Positions 47,581 to 58,468 of a DNA stretch of 64,000 nucleotides are shown here, one piece after another. The number at the start of each line of letters is the position of its first letter. Within the stretch, counting starts at the first letter, position 1. Below the pieces are notes generated by a model, which did no database searches, had not been told where the DNA came from, and saw only the letters and a program-made list of their open reading frames with translations. Location of the stretch: the IMG/VR virus record IMGVR_UViG_3300025133_000070. The stretch is one strand, 5' to 3'. The position numbers were made by a program, and so were the translations under genes. This stretch comes from an uncultured virus (IMG/VR IMGVR_UViG_3300025133_000070). Lineage: Duplodnaviria; Heunggongvirae; Uroviricota; Caudoviricetes.

Positions 47581-48041
47581 GATATGTTTACCTCAACATC
47601 AAATGTTTCTAAATCAGCAGTATCTAATTTTAATGATAAAACCACTTTAAGGGAGTTTCCTCCTGCTGGTCCTGCTTCTCCCATAGGAAAAATAGCTAAT
47701 TTTCCTATGTGGGCTCCTACAATATAATTCTTAAATGAGTATTGAATCTCCCTCTTAATTGATTCAAAAGTAGATTCATCTAATGGTTGAAAAAGATACT
47801 TTCGTAGATTGCACCCAAAATTGGGAAGCATAACTCGCTCTCCCCTCTCTGTTAAAAGTAACTGCTTAACTGCTTCTTTTATCATAACAACACCAGATCG
47901 CTTTGAAAAGAAGCCCCCTCCCGAAGTAGATCCCAGGGGGAAGGATAGCCCGTAAACCTCTTGCTTCTGCGAGGTTGGTCCTTGCTTCATATACCTAGGA
48001 GGTATTCTTCCAAAAACCGAAACTGTTTGGTTAGCTGCCAT
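47577..48041 (-). CDS. gp25: Baseplate wedge / sheath initiator (T4 gp25-like)
   Basis: IKEAVKQLLLTERGERVMLPNFGCNL..YLFQP. Confidence 0.92.
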   Translation of the reverse strand: MAANQTVSVFGRIPPRYMKQGPTSQKQEVYGLSFPLGSTSGGGFFSKRSGVVMIKEAVKQLLLTERGERVMLPNFGCNLRKYLFQPLDESTFESIKREIQYSFKNYIVGAHIGKLAIFPMGEAGPAGGNSLKVVLSLKLDTADLETFDVEVNIS

Positions 48042-50746
48042 TAGGTAATAATATTCTTGAAGAAGCCTTCTTGGGCTTTATAGTTTTTTAAAACTTCTGC
48101 ATTATCTAGGGCTCTAGAGTAAAATTTTAAGCTTCCTATGTGACCACGCAATCCGCTTGTTACTCCTGATCTATTCCCTCCTAGGAAGTTGCCGTGCTGG
48201 TACATACCATCCGTGTATCCTCCACCAACAATCCAAGGAGTATAGAAGGTATTTAGGAGAGGACCTTGTTTTAGTACCGTAGGACCATCCACCGTAGTAG
48301 AGGAGTATTGGAAACTATTATCTTTCTTAAAAGAAGGCAAACTTGGTGCAACTTGGGGGTCTACCCCAAATACAGTAGAAATAGCAGACGTAGCCACTAA
48401 TGAACCATCAGCAAAAAGTTTAATTGTGTCTGTAGTAGGATCACAGGATATATCAATAAGAACGAATTGAGAAGATACATTGCCGAAGGCTGTGGCAGAA
48501 AGGTCCACTTTCATTTTATAGAAAGTTTCATAATCCTGACAATCATCATTATTAATCCAAGAGGCTGAGGAGAGGTCTCTAGCTTGGGTTGGGGCTATGA
48601 AGAAACTTAAAGAGGAGGCTGGGTCGTTATCGTAATTATTATTGCTGTAAGCTGCGGAGGCTTGGGTAATTCTTCTATCTCTAGTAAAGCCACAAACCAT
48701 TCCTCGCACAAACTGATCACCTCGTCTATTTTCTAAGAAATCCAGATCTCGTGCCGTTGCTGTGTGATCTATAGCAGAAGCTCCTGATGCTGCGCCAACA
48801 TTCTCACTAGCTAATATTACCTTTGTAAGCGCAGATGCTGTAGAACTGAGCCAACCAACTCCTCCGTCCATAATATCAGGAACATGAGCCCAGCACTCCA
48901 TAGTAAACCCACTTGGCGAATAAGTTAGATCCTGGAACTCTTTAGTGTCGGGGAGCTTTGCATAAGATCCTAGTGCTGATGCTGCTGCGGGATCACTAGA
49001 TTTATTCTTAACAATACCTTCTAAATAAGGGATGCCTAGACCAGAGACAAACATAGTTTTTTTAGAAGACCCAACTAACTGAGCATTGTTATACATATTC
49101 TCCGTAGCACAGTTGGTTACTGGGAACGCAATAGAGGATGGTAACTCTAAATCAGTCTCCAAGAAGTTGTATATGGCAAAGAGATTATCATTTACAATCT
49201 GATCATTTAAAGATAGTACAGTTCCTGCGTTTGCGGAGGATGGAGAATAAAGAATAGATCCTTTTCCTACAGTAGGAACATTCAGATGTCCAATCGAGAG
49301 AGAAGGAGGTTTTGCACTTGTCTTAGCAAACTTAGCATCAATAGGTAAAACAATACCTACAACATCTGCTTGTTTGAAAATTAAAGAATTTTGTTTTTCA
49401 AAATCTACTGATAGATCATAATCAGCTAAATAAGAAAAATCATTAATTGGAACCTCCCCAGGAGCAAACCTAGGACCAGCCAAATCTCCATAAATTTGGG
49501 GGGCTTTTACAGCAACCTCAATCTGCTTCTTTCTTCTATTTATTTTATTATTATGGTTAGCAATTTCAGAGATAATTAAGTTTCTCTGGTTAGTTACAAT
49601 TGAAGAGTCTTCTCCGTAATCAGCGATAAAGGTATATAAATCAGAAGACAAGTTATACACTTGCTTATTTCTTTGTTGTTTAAGGACTGAGAGGAAGTGA
49701 TCCTCGTCATAATACATCTGGAGTCCTTGGCTATCATCAATTCTATCTATATCAAAAATGTTATCTGTAAACTTATTTAACGCTTTGATTGAGACCGCTT
49801 CACCCTTTCCTCCAAGGTTAGGATCGTAATCATATTTCCATTGATCCCCAATAGGAACTATTCCCGAAATAGCTAGAAATACGGGATCCAAACCACCAGA
49901 CTGAGAATCATAATAAAGACCATCAGAGGTTAGTACATACTGTCCTGTAGCAGTTTTCGGGGGTCCATAAGTAAGTCTAAAGACTTCTTGTTCATCACTC
50001 CCAACTTCAGGATCTTCCAAAGGACTTCTAGGAAAAGTAGTTTGGTTTAAGAAGGGATCTAATTCTGTTGAATCAAGTAGCTTGGGCTCTAATGAGGGGT
50101 CTGCAACCCTTTCCTTGATGATATCATTGATTTCATCAAGCTTACTATTGCATTGAGAAATAAAGTTTGCCGCTGAAGCGAGTCGAGCTTTATCTCCTGA
50201 ATACATAGAAGCAAAGAGTTCATTGGCTTCTGCTGAAGGAAGGGTAGCTCTCTCGTCAGCAGAGTTCCCTGATTGGTAGGATTGGAGGTCGTTCCACTTC
50301 TGAAGACAATCAGTGATCGCATCAATTTGATTTGTTATATCCGTATAGTTTTGGTATATTTGCGCTCCAAATGATGCAGCATATTGGAAGGCTCCTAAAA
50401 GACCAGAGAGGTTATCTTTTGTTTGGCTATCATCATTATCAATCCCCATCCAAGCAGTATCTGAGAAAAACTTAAATACTCCGTTCTCTGTATCAAATTC
50501 AATAATACCCGTATTCAACATCAGCTTCTTGAAGACCTCTTTGGTTATTTCATTAGCTTTCGATTTTCCCGCAGCTACATTTGATTGCATATTGCTTAAT
50601 ACAGAGCTTGGAAGCAGCTTCATAGCATCCTGGGCGATATTCAACATACAGCTAGGCATTCCATAAGCCATGCCCAGGGCCTGAATAGCTCCAGTCCCTG
50701 TTTGCCCCTGAACTTTTAAGAATGTTTCTAAATCAAATGATGCCAT
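48041..50746 (-). CDS. Virion protein with C-terminal LamG/concanavalin-like domain
   Basis: FTMECW, IKLFADG, GHIGSLKFYSRAL..AEVLKNY. Confidence 0.65.
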   Translation of the reverse strand: MASFDLETFLKVQGQTGTGAIQALGMAYGMPSCMLNIAQDAMKLLPSSVLSNMQSNVAAGKSKANEITKEVFKKLMLNTGIIEFDTENGVFKFFSDTAWMGIDNDDSQTKDNLSGLLGAFQYAASFGAQIYQNYTDITNQIDAITDCLQKWNDLQSYQSGNSADERATLPSAEANELFASMYSGDKARLASAANFISQCNSKLDEINDIIKERVADPSLEPKLLDSTELDPFLNQTTFPRSPLEDPEVGSDEQEVFRLTYGPPKTATGQYVLTSDGLYYDSQSGGLDPVFLAISGIVPIGDQWKYDYDPNLGGKGEAVSIKALNKFTDNIFDIDRIDDSQGLQMYYDEDHFLSVLKQQRNKQVYNLSSDLYTFIADYGEDSSIVTNQRNLIISEIANHNNKINRRKKQIEVAVKAPQIYGDLAGPRFAPGEVPINDFSYLADYDLSVDFEKQNSLIFKQADVVGIVLPIDAKFAKTSAKPPSLSIGHLNVPTVGKGSILYSPSSANAGTVLSLNDQIVNDNLFAIYNFLETDLELPSSIAFPVTNCATENMYNNAQLVGSSKKTMFVSGLGIPYLEGIVKNKSSDPAAASALGSYAKLPDTKEFQDLTYSPSGFTMECWAHVPDIMDGGVGWLSSTASALTKVILASENVGAASGASAIDHTATARDLDFLENRRGDQFVRGMVCGFTRDRRITQASAAYSNNNYDNDPASSLSFFIAPTQARDLSSASWINNDDCQDYETFYKMKVDLSATAFGNVSSQFVLIDISCDPTTDTIKLFADGSLVATSAISTVFGVDPQVAPSLPSFKKDNSFQYSSTTVDGPTVLKQGPLLNTFYTPWIVGGGYTDGMYQHGNFLGGNRSGVTSGLRGHIGSLKFYSRALDNAEVLKNYKAQEGFFKNIIT

Positions 50747-50755
50747 AATCGCCTC

Positions 50756-51850
50756 TTAGTATGTAGTAACTCCCTCATCTCCGTAATAACTTTGTCCACC
50801 CTGCGTGATGGGTGGGGTTGGTCCTGCTCCATTTGCCAAGTTTATTTTACCAGCATCAATATTTACGGTTGGTCCTGCTTGTACCTCTAAGTTTTGACCA
50901 GTTTTAATGCTGAAGTTATCGTTAGATTCCATCCTAATCGCTTGTCCTGCCTTCAGGTCAATATTTCCCCCTGCATCTAAACGAATATCCCCCTTTGTTT
51001 TAATGACAATAGCCCCACCAGTACCGTTAGTTTCAATCTGAATTAGTTGGTTGTTTCCTGCACTATCTAAACACTCAATAAAGATTCGTCCTGCTTCCGC
51101 TTGAGTGAACACATTGACATCCTTCCACTTACTCTGAACATTTACATTTCCTGCTTTATTGGGTTCACCTTCAGCAGCATTAACTCCTGTTGAGTTGTTG
51201 AGAAGCTGAAGTTCCCTACCGTCCCTAACCAAAATATCGGTCTGAGATTCTGTATTAATATACTTTTGAGGGCCAACGCTCTCAACCTGAATAGATCTAG
51301 CAGCCACACTATTATTTTGCGGGTTATCAGCTAAAGTGATTTTACTACCATTACCAGAGTCTAAAATAATAGAGTCGATGCCTGGGGCATCAGAAAGAGT
51401 AACTGTCTTATTTACGTTTGATCTAATTTCTGTCTTCTTGTTAATGAATCCAGGATTATAATCCTCACTTACGATAATGCCTCCACCTTGTGGTCCTGTA
51501 AGTTGGACTGCCATGGGCTCCCCTCTTGCCCTGTAGAGGTTCGGGTTGGCTCTCTCTAGAGGATATAGGCTATCATCGGCAAGTGCCGCTCCTTCGACTT
51601 GGAGGGGCTCTGGAGCGAAGGTAGAGCCTAGGTAATACCAGTCATCAGAGCTTCCTGGTTTACAAACCAAGACTTGAGTTCCTACCTGCGGGATGCCTAT
51701 AAAAGCCCCTGCTCCGTTAGAAGCATAGGGACTCACATATTGAACTCTTTTTTCCTCATTTCCTAACTCAAAAATTCTAGCTAAAAAGGATCCACTCCGA
51801 CTAGCATCGGTTCTATCCCTAACTTCTGCTAATGAAATTATCTGGCTCAT
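50756..51850 (-). CDS. Central spike (gp5/VgrG C-terminal-like: OB fold plus beta-helix), no lysozyme domain
   Basis: V...D...G...ARI, YVSPY, IPQVGTQVLV, YYLG; C-terminal KTKGDIRLDAGGNIDLKAG repeats. Confidence 0.75.
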   Translation of the reverse strand: MSQIISLAEVRDRTDASRSGSFLARIFELGNEEKRVQYVSPYASNGAGAFIGIPQVGTQVLVCKPGSSDDWYYLGSTFAPEPLQVEGAALADDSLYPLERANPNLYRARGEPMAVQLTGPQGGGIIVSEDYNPGFINKKTEIRSNVNKTVTLSDAPGIDSIILDSGNGSKITLADNPQNNSVAARSIQVESVGPQKYINTESQTDILVRDGRELQLLNNSTGVNAAEGEPNKAGNVNVQSKWKDVNVFTQAEAGRIFIECLDSAGNNQLIQIETNGTGGAIVIKTKGDIRLDAGGNIDLKAGQAIRMESNDNFSIKTGQNLEVQAGPTVNIDAGKINLANGAGPTPPITQGGQSYYGDEGVTTY

Positions 51851-54687
51851 TCGGTAGTCTCCTCTTCTTCAAACTTAGGGGCATTCTTTACAAGGTTAAA
51901 TTCAGAAGTAGCAGTACTTGTATTAATAATATGTTTGAATCCCATTATCTTATAAAGACCGCTAAAGAAGGAATTCAATAAAGTTCTTTCAGCATCAACA
52001 GATTGCTTTATAGGAGCATCTTGAGCAAAAACTAGACAAGGAGAAGATATATGATGAATATTTGATACATGAAAAAGGGGCAAAGTTTTTATACTCATTT
52101 GAAGAGCCTGTCTATACATATTTTCCATCATATCAGTCATCACTGATTGGGGGTTTCCAGGTAATAGTTGGTCAATTGCGATATACCCCCTAAGATCCTC
52201 ATCGTCTCCTCCTTCCGCTTTCTCTAATACCGCAGCAACAGCATTAGCAGCCTCTAATGGATCTTGGACTTTAAGCTCTCTCATAAGCTCTATGGACACA
52301 TTCCCTTTTAAGTCTTCTATTAACTCTTCTCTATTATCTGCTCCTAAAGCAAAATTCTTTTGTTTTAAATAGGCAACCGCAGCACCAACAGTGCGAATAG
52401 GAAGAGTCCCTGTGCCGATAGGTAAAAGACCTTCTGCGACAGCCGAAGCTTTTCTAGTAACCATCTTTGAAAATCCTCCCTTTAGTTGTGCAAAATAAAC
52501 TCCTCCAAATTTAAAATTCATATCTAGAATATTAGGATTTGTTGTATTGTATCTAAAAATAGGAACTCCTTGTTTCTTTATATAATTTATTTCTGTGTTG
52601 GTAAATTCTTTATCAGAGTACCCAAAGGTATCAGGAATATCAGAAATGTCTCCAAAGGATCCTGCTCCTGTAATAGGAGGAAATGCAATTTCTCTTACCG
52701 CTTTATTATAGCTCTTATTAGTTAGGATAATTGCATCTAATGGGTGTAGAGGAATTGCTTTAACTGCACCAATAATACCTGCTTTATAAATTTCAGCTTG
52801 TTCTTTGGCTTTAATATCATAAGCTGAAGCCTCGTCTGCGGTCTGGTAATTTATCAGATCATCATTAGCCCCGTATGCCTTATCCCAGTATTCCCCCAGA
52901 TCGTTTGGGTTGTTTACCTCTCCCCAAGAATTAACAATATCATCAGAAGCTTTTTCATACTTATTCTGATTGGTTTGGGCTAAAGCAGCAGCCGCTTCAT
53001 ACTCTTGTATATTTTTAAACTTGTTATCTAGATCAATCTTGCCATAGAGATACTTCTGAATCAATGCTTGGTCCCCGATAATAACTGCTTCTTTTTGTGT
53101 ATTAAATTCTCTGTAACCACCAAAGGTAGGAAACTTGTGTGTGGGGAGGGTTTTATTACTGCCTCCCCAAAAGTCCAAAAGTTTTATATCTGTCTCATTA
53201 AATATACCTAAGTGTATTTGGTATTCTTCTTTAGCATTCTTATTAATCTTGTTAATAATCGTATTAACAACATCCATATGATTTGGAATACCTTTATTAC
53301 TAGCTTTTTGAGCTATAGCATAAAAATCATGTACATCAAAATATTGTGCAAACCTCTCGTCAGCAGTTGTAGTCTTTTCATACTCTTGAAATGCTGATAT
53401 CGTGTGCGAAGGAGTAGCTTTTAAATCTCCTGAACTATTAGCATAGTCTCTAAGAACCTGATGAAGTTCTAATCCAAAGGAACTTAAGAAGTTAGACATG
53501 AAGTTTTCTTTATATCCTAAATCTCCTAACTCTTTACTATATTGGTACTTTACTAGATCTGCGATGAATGCCCCTTCTAAAGTGGCACTAGAGGAGTCTA
53601 ATATCTCCACCCCAGAAGCATCAACAGCCTTCTTTAGTTTTCCCATAGCCCCTCTTGCATTTTTAATACTATCATTAATCCACTGTCTACAAGTAACATT
53701 AATATTTGGAAGAAGAATAATTACATTTGGATTTCCTGTTGCTTTTTGAACATAGCTTCTTAGAGCGTCAACAACTATAGAATGAAAATCAAATTCTCCT
53801 AACTCGGAAGATACCTCGTCTAGTCCTATCTTTTTTAAAGCCTCTGAAATATCAGTTCTGTTTTTATAGGAAGTTTCAATATCCCCCTGAATACCAGCAA
53901 CAGCGAGGTCCTCTAAACCTAAGTAGGTAAGAGGATCATAAGCTCGTTCATTTTTTAATATTTTAGTAAATTCGATAGGTTTGGAGATTCCTGAGTATCG
54001 TTGGGTCAATCCAGCTAAGTCTAAATCTACTTTCTCATTAGAGGCTCCCCTTCTTTGGCTTAATTGAACTGATCTTGCGGTAGGAGTTAGTGTTAAAGTA
54101 ATTTTTCTAGCCCCCTTCACGGTAATATCAGCCCCAGTCAATATTGTTCGATGAGGACCTGACCAAAGATCTAATTTGTTGCCTGATCCATAAGCTACAT
54201 AAAATTCTTTTTCTCCATAATGCTGCTCCATTTCTTTTTGAAGCTCTGAGAAATACTGCTTATCGTAAAGCAGTTGGCTTTGTTTTGCATCTTTACTTAC
54301 CCCATCTGCAATTGGATCTTTAACATCTGAAGAGTCTTTAGTATCAGCTTTCCCTTGTTTTTCATAAGTAAACTTATTATAAGCTTCTGTGTTATAACTA
54401 AATCCAGCGATGTTTCTAGTTATACTATCAGACATAAATCTACGCTCAAACTCTCCTTTAGGATCAATAAAAACTAGCGTCATTTTCATACCTTTTCCTA
54501 TACCCATGGTATGTTCAAAAGAAATAAAATTCGGATTTGATTCGTTATCAAAAAGAAGAACATCATCTAGATCTCCCTTTTTGGTTAACCCTTGGATTAA
54601 ACTCTTATAGGTCGCTCCGTCTGTAAAGAGCCGATCCATTACCTCTCTATTGAAGCCAATAATTACATTCGCTGTGGGGACTCTCAT
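51847..54687 (-). CDS. Probable baseplate hub (gp27-like) protein
   Basis: Position between gp53 and the spike; C-terminal SIKTLP...FSGLYKIMGFKH.I....SEFNLVK. Confidence 0.55.
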   Translation of the reverse strand: MRVPTANVIIGFNREVMDRLFTDGATYKSLIQGLTKKGDLDDVLLFDNESNPNFISFEHTMGIGKGMKMTLVFIDPKGEFERRFMSDSITRNIAGFSYNTEAYNKFTYEKQGKADTKDSSDVKDPIADGVSKDAKQSQLLYDKQYFSELQKEMEQHYGEKEFYVAYGSGNKLDLWSGPHRTILTGADITVKGARKITLTLTPTARSVQLSQRRGASNEKVDLDLAGLTQRYSGISKPIEFTKILKNERAYDPLTYLGLEDLAVAGIQGDIETSYKNRTDISEALKKIGLDEVSSELGEFDFHSIVVDALRSYVQKATGNPNVIILLPNINVTCRQWINDSIKNARGAMGKLKKAVDASGVEILDSSSATLEGAFIADLVKYQYSKELGDLGYKENFMSNFLSSFGLELHQVLRDYANSSGDLKATPSHTISAFQEYEKTTTADERFAQYFDVHDFYAIAQKASNKGIPNHMDVVNTIINKINKNAKEEYQIHLGIFNETDIKLLDFWGGSNKTLPTHKFPTFGGYREFNTQKEAVIIGDQALIQKYLYGKIDLDNKFKNIQEYEAAAALAQTNQNKYEKASDDIVNSWGEVNNPNDLGEYWDKAYGANDDLINYQTADEASAYDIKAKEQAEIYKAGIIGAVKAIPLHPLDAIILTNKSYNKAVREIAFPPITGAGSFGDISDIPDTFGYSDKEFTNTEINYIKKQGVPIFRYNTTNPNILDMNFKFGGVYFAQLKGGFSKMVTRKASAVAEGLLPIGTGTLPIRTVGAAVAYLKQKNFALGADNREELIEDLKGNVSIELMRELKVQDPLEAANAVAAVLEKAEGGDDEDLRGYIAIDQLLPGNPQSVMTDMMENMYRQALQMSIKTLPLFHVSNIHHISSPCLVFAQDAPIKQSVDAERTLLNSFFSGLYKIMGFKHIINTSTATSEFNLVKNAPKFEEEETTE

Positions 54688-54992
54688 TACAATTTAGGAA
54701 TAATAATTCTTTGGTTTTGTGTAAACCCTTCTCCTGGGTCAGAGATACCGTTTACCAGCATTAGAAGCCACCAATTTTTGGGACTGCCATAAAAAACATT
54801 AGAGATTAGGTCTGGGCGATGCTCATAACCAACAGGAACATAACCAATCTCATACTCATATGCGTTTCCTAAGTTTGCTAATATATGATCAAACTTAGGA
54901 GTATTCAGAATAGTTGTTGTGGTCACACCCCTATGCAAAACTTGATTATAATCTAAACTATAAGGTCCTCTATTTTTTCCTAAAGATGCCAC
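54687..54992 (-). CDS. gp53: Baseplate wedge LysM-like protein (T4 gp53-like)
   Basis: HRPDLISNVFYGSPKNWWLLMLVNGISDP...IIIP. Confidence 0.85.
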   Translation of the reverse strand: MASLGKNRGPYSLDYNQVLHRGVTTTTILNTPKFDHILANLGNAYEYEIGYVPVGYEHRPDLISNVFYGSPKNWWLLMLVNGISDPGEGFTQNQRIIIPKL

Positions 54993-55969
54993 TACAGTCC
55001 CCCGTATCCTGGATCCATGCTATGCGTATCACCCAACACAACGGCTTCCCATCCCGCTAAATTATCTTTCTTAATAATGTCGGCAGTATCAAACTCTCCA
55101 AAGTCTCCAGTGCGTATTTCCTCTAACTTCATAGTAACTTTTAGTTGACGGGGTAGTAAAGTATCTAAATCATACCCTGCTGCTTCATTATAGTCAATTG
55201 TGTAGTTCGTACATATACAAGGAATATCTTGATAAAGAATGCCATGTCTTAACCTTAATACAGGAGGACCGTAAAGGGGGTTTTTAGAATTATTTACTAC
55301 ACTAGATCTCACAATATTTGTCCAATAAATAATAAGATCAATAATTCTATACTTTATTTGTTTTTGTTGATTGTCATCAAGAATTTTAGTTGGAATAGTA
55401 GGATCTTCATCTACAACGGTCCTATTTAGGACAAAAGAACTTATCTCATCTCCTACAATTCCATAACTATCCGTAAACTCCCTTCTTTCCTCAACGGTCA
55501 TGCCTTGTAATGCCCAATCTGAAGTTAAAACTTGTTTTGCTGATTCTGTAGCTTGTTCCTTTGTATATTTAGTCCCAAGCTCAAAAGCCATTCCCTTTGG
55601 TGCAGAGTCTGCCTTATATGGTTTTAAAAACTTTTCTTTTTCAGAGTCTACATTCATTGGATCTTTTTCATACTTAACAAACTGGTCCAACGAAACTCCT
55701 GGGTGATCGTCTAAGATGTGCGGCAACGTCATATTGAAAGATAAAGTAAGATTGCGGGAGTCGGCTCCCAGATAACTGTACAAATTACTTGATCTAGAGA
55801 TCAAAGAATACTTTTGATACTTTGCTTTCTTATTTTCTTTAATACTAACATTTTCGAAGAAGGGTAGCTCAATAACATAAAAATCACTACCCTGTGTTGG
55901 TACAGGGAAGTAAAACATGAGCTTTGATCTTTGGGGTAATGCTCTATCAACTATGTGTCTGTTTGTCAT
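54992..55969 (-). CDS. Tail tube initiator (gp48/gp54-like)
   Basis: ISRSS...Y....R.LTLSF, PPVLRLRHG, PCIC..YTIDY, LPRQLKVTM.L; follows the tape measure. Confidence 0.65.
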   Translation of the reverse strand: MTNRHIVDRALPQRSKLMFYFPVPTQGSDFYVIELPFFENVSIKENKKAKYQKYSLISRSSNLYSYLGADSRNLTLSFNMTLPHILDDHPGVSLDQFVKYEKDPMNVDSEKEKFLKPYKADSAPKGMAFELGTKYTKEQATESAKQVLTSDWALQGMTVEERREFTDSYGIVGDEISSFVLNRTVVDEDPTIPTKILDDNQQKQIKYRIIDLIIYWTNIVRSSVVNNSKNPLYGPPVLRLRHGILYQDIPCICTNYTIDYNEAAGYDLDTLLPRQLKVTMKLEEIRTGDFGEFDTADIIKKDNLAGWEAVVLGDTHSMDPGYGGL

Positions 55970-57756
55970 TATTTATCCGTAAGGTCTGTATGGGAGCCTC
56001 CTGCGACTGCCTCTGCTGCTGCTTTTGCTCGTTGTACGTTTGCTTCTCTTAGCTCCTCTAGCATCTCTTCTGCGGTGGTGTCTCTTCCAACCCCAAGAAT
56101 ACCTTCAATGCTTCGTCCAAGCATATTAGCTGTTTGATCTAAGAACTCTGGGGTTGTTTTAATTTCTGGGGCCGTATTTATTGCTGTTTCTGCTGAAGAC
56201 TCTTTAATATCTTCTGTAAGTCCCATAGTTTCTTTATCGATTTTTATTTGCGTTTTAAGAGCCCCCATAAGCTCACTATGATTCATATTATCAATACTGT
56301 TTTCCTCATCTTTAGCCTTCTTCGCAGCCGCTAACTCTTTATTCTTTTTTCTATTTGCTTCGTTTTCTAAAGTTGTAAGCTTAAGAGATTCTCCAAACTC
56401 AGCGAGACTGTCATTGAAGGGGATAAGATCCCCCAAAAAAATAAGCAGTTCAGCAAACCCTAATTTTAGTTTATCCACAGACCAATTCAGTGCCTCCATC
56501 ATTATGGCCCCAACTTCAAAATGTTGAAATAAAGCAACAACCAAACCTATAGCTGCTCCTATTGCTAGGAAAGGCCAAATAATTGGAAATAATGCTATAC
56601 CCAAACCAACAGCCATCGCAGTTAAAGTAGCTAGGGCTGCAACCAAAAGAGGGATAGTGATATCAATAGCCAATTTAAACTTATCTTTAAGATCTCCGAA
56701 TTTCTTTTTTATTTTATCAATCATTCCTGAAAAGCCTCCTAACTTTAGGAACACCTTAGTTAGAGAATCCACCACAAGCATAACACCCTTTCTAAGTGTA
56801 GTTCCTATTACGATACCAATTCCCTTAATTATTGGGAAAAACTCCTTAAGCATCTCCTGAAGAGGTATCATAATCTCATCTTTAATAACACTTAATTGCT
56901 GACCAAATGCTTCAGCATCAGCCCCCTCTTGTTTTACTCTTGTTCCAAAAGCCTCAGAAACCGTAGTGAAGTTAATCGCTGCTGGGCCAAAGGTGTCTGC
57001 TGCAACACCAAGAGACGCATAAAAGCCTTCTGCCCCTCCCCCAATTTCACTAAACTTACTTGAGGCTGTTTTGAAAGCTTCTTCTAAAATTTTGGCTGCC
57101 TCTTCCGAATTCTTAGAAGCAGAAAGTTGTTCTCTAACTCCACCTATACCAAGCTTAGTTAGCCTTTCATAACCCTCCATGCTGGTATCCATAACCATAG
57201 TCATCACAGAGTTAAGTTGTTTATGCATACCTTGGGGTAGTTGGGCGGTTAACTCCACCATAGCACCCGTAACTTTATCTCCCATACCTGCCATAGCCTG
57301 AGCAGGGAAAGAGGCTTCTAAGGCAGTCATCGCAGTAACTAATTTATCAGTACTAATTTGCCACTCTGCTCCAGTATCAACTAGACTACTTGATAATTTA
57401 TTAGTTTGCTCTCTCGATAATCCAAGCTGGGCCTCCAAAGCAGCCATAGCTTTAGCTGTACTCGCTGATGCCGTTCCTGTTAGTCGCTGTTGGTTAATAA
57501 GCCTAGCGATTCCTTTAGTGTTTCCCTGAAGACCAACCTCCATACCAGCAATAGCACCAGCAAACCTTTGGTTCATATCGCCCCGCAAACCTTCCATAGT
57601 ACCACCAAGCTGGTCATTGGTTTGCTCAAAGGTCATGCCTAAAGCTAAACTAGCTTTTTCAGCTTTCTGAGCAAAATCCATGGCACCTTTAATCTGGGAG
57701 GTTAATCCCTCCATGGCTTTAGTTAAGCCACCTAGTACAAGATCTGATACTACCAT
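55969..57756 (-). CDS. Tape measure protein
   Basis: Ala/Gly/Met-rich helical protein with a hydrophobic TM-like stretch (IPLLVAALATL...IGLVVALF); first gene of the tail/baseplate operon. Confidence 0.7.
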   Translation of the reverse strand: MVVSDLVLGGLTKAMEGLTSQIKGAMDFAQKAEKASLALGMTFEQTNDQLGGTMEGLRGDMNQRFAGAIAGMEVGLQGNTKGIARLINQQRLTGTASASTAKAMAALEAQLGLSREQTNKLSSSLVDTGAEWQISTDKLVTAMTALEASFPAQAMAGMGDKVTGAMVELTAQLPQGMHKQLNSVMTMVMDTSMEGYERLTKLGIGGVREQLSASKNSEEAAKILEEAFKTASSKFSEIGGGAEGFYASLGVAADTFGPAAINFTTVSEAFGTRVKQEGADAEAFGQQLSVIKDEIMIPLQEMLKEFFPIIKGIGIVIGTTLRKGVMLVVDSLTKVFLKLGGFSGMIDKIKKKFGDLKDKFKLAIDITIPLLVAALATLTAMAVGLGIALFPIIWPFLAIGAAIGLVVALFQHFEVGAIMMEALNWSVDKLKLGFAELLIFLGDLIPFNDSLAEFGESLKLTTLENEANRKKNKELAAAKKAKDEENSIDNMNHSELMGALKTQIKIDKETMGLTEDIKESSAETAINTAPEIKTTPEFLDQTANMLGRSIEGILGVGRDTTAEEMLEELREANVQRAKAAAEAVAGGSHTDLTDK

Positions 57757-58127
57757 TATGCTATTTTCCTAATTCGTCTGAGGGGTCCATAAATATTAGA
57801 CATTATGTATGTTCTATAATTTTCTTCAGGGAGTTCCTTATTTTTATATAGAGTTTCTAGAGAATCTGGTGAATAATCTCCACCCTCAGGTATCTTAAAC
57901 CCTGTTAATAGCTTATTTCCTGTTGCAGCATCTCTGGTAATAGGCTCAGTAAGCAAAAATAGCCTCTCGGCTCTACTGCCCTTTCCTATCCCTAGCTTGT
58001 ATCTAAAGAATAATACATCCCCTGGGTCTGCACAGGAGTCCGATTTAGGGACCATAGACACATCCATAGATGGATCTGCTCCAACAGATTTTAAAAAATC
58101 CTGAATTTGTTTTGAAAATTTAGCCAT
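57756..58127 (-). CDS. Hypothetical protein, weak resemblance to T4 gp2-type DNA end protector
   Basis: PGDVLFFRY...LLTGF...YRTYI pattern; functional call is weak. Confidence 0.4.
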   Translation of the reverse strand: MAKFSKQIQDFLKSVGADPSMDVSMVPKSDSCADPGDVLFFRYKLGIGKGSRAERLFLLTEPITRDAATGNKLLTGFKIPEGGDYSPDSLETLYKNKELPEENYRTYIMSNIYGPLRRIRKIA

Positions 58128-58141
58128 GCTCTTATATTATA

Positions 58142-58149
58142 TATAAATA
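58142..58149 (+). promoter_or_regulatory. T4 late promoter consensus TATAAATA
   Basis: Exact match 13 nt upstream of ATG 58163 in a divergent intergenic gap. Confidence 0.5.
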
Positions 58150-58162
58150 TTAAGTTTAAACC

Positions 58163-58468
58163 ATGAGTGATAACCTAGACATAGAGATTATAGATTTTCT
58201 TGATTTGATAAATGAGACACTTAGTTACTCATTCATAGAAAAATGGAGACATAAGTATTCTGAAAAGTTTGTTAAGCATTTCCAGTTGAAGGTTCTGGAT
58301 GCTATGAATAAACAGAAGCCAATCAAGCTTGAGATGCTTTATAATTATCTAACTAAGAAGTGTAAGTATTCACCAGATCAGGTGACTAACTTCTTTAGGT
58401 CGATAGAGATAGATATCTATCACCCTTTTATATATGGTACTTACCCTAAGACTTCTTCTTCTTCCTAG
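58163..58468 (+). CDS. Hypothetical protein
   Basis: 101-aa ORF that fills the gap between minus-strand genes. Confidence 0.65.
   Translation: MSDNLDIEIIDFLDLINETLSYSFIEKWRHKYSEKFVKHFQLKVLDAMNKQKPIKLEMLYNYLTKKCKYSPDQVTNFFRSIEIDIYHPFIYGTYPKTSSSS

Noticed and set aside
12567..57756. Bacterial extracellular contractile injection system or tailocin
   Set aside because: Major capsid, scaffold, protease, neck and replication genes show it is a phage
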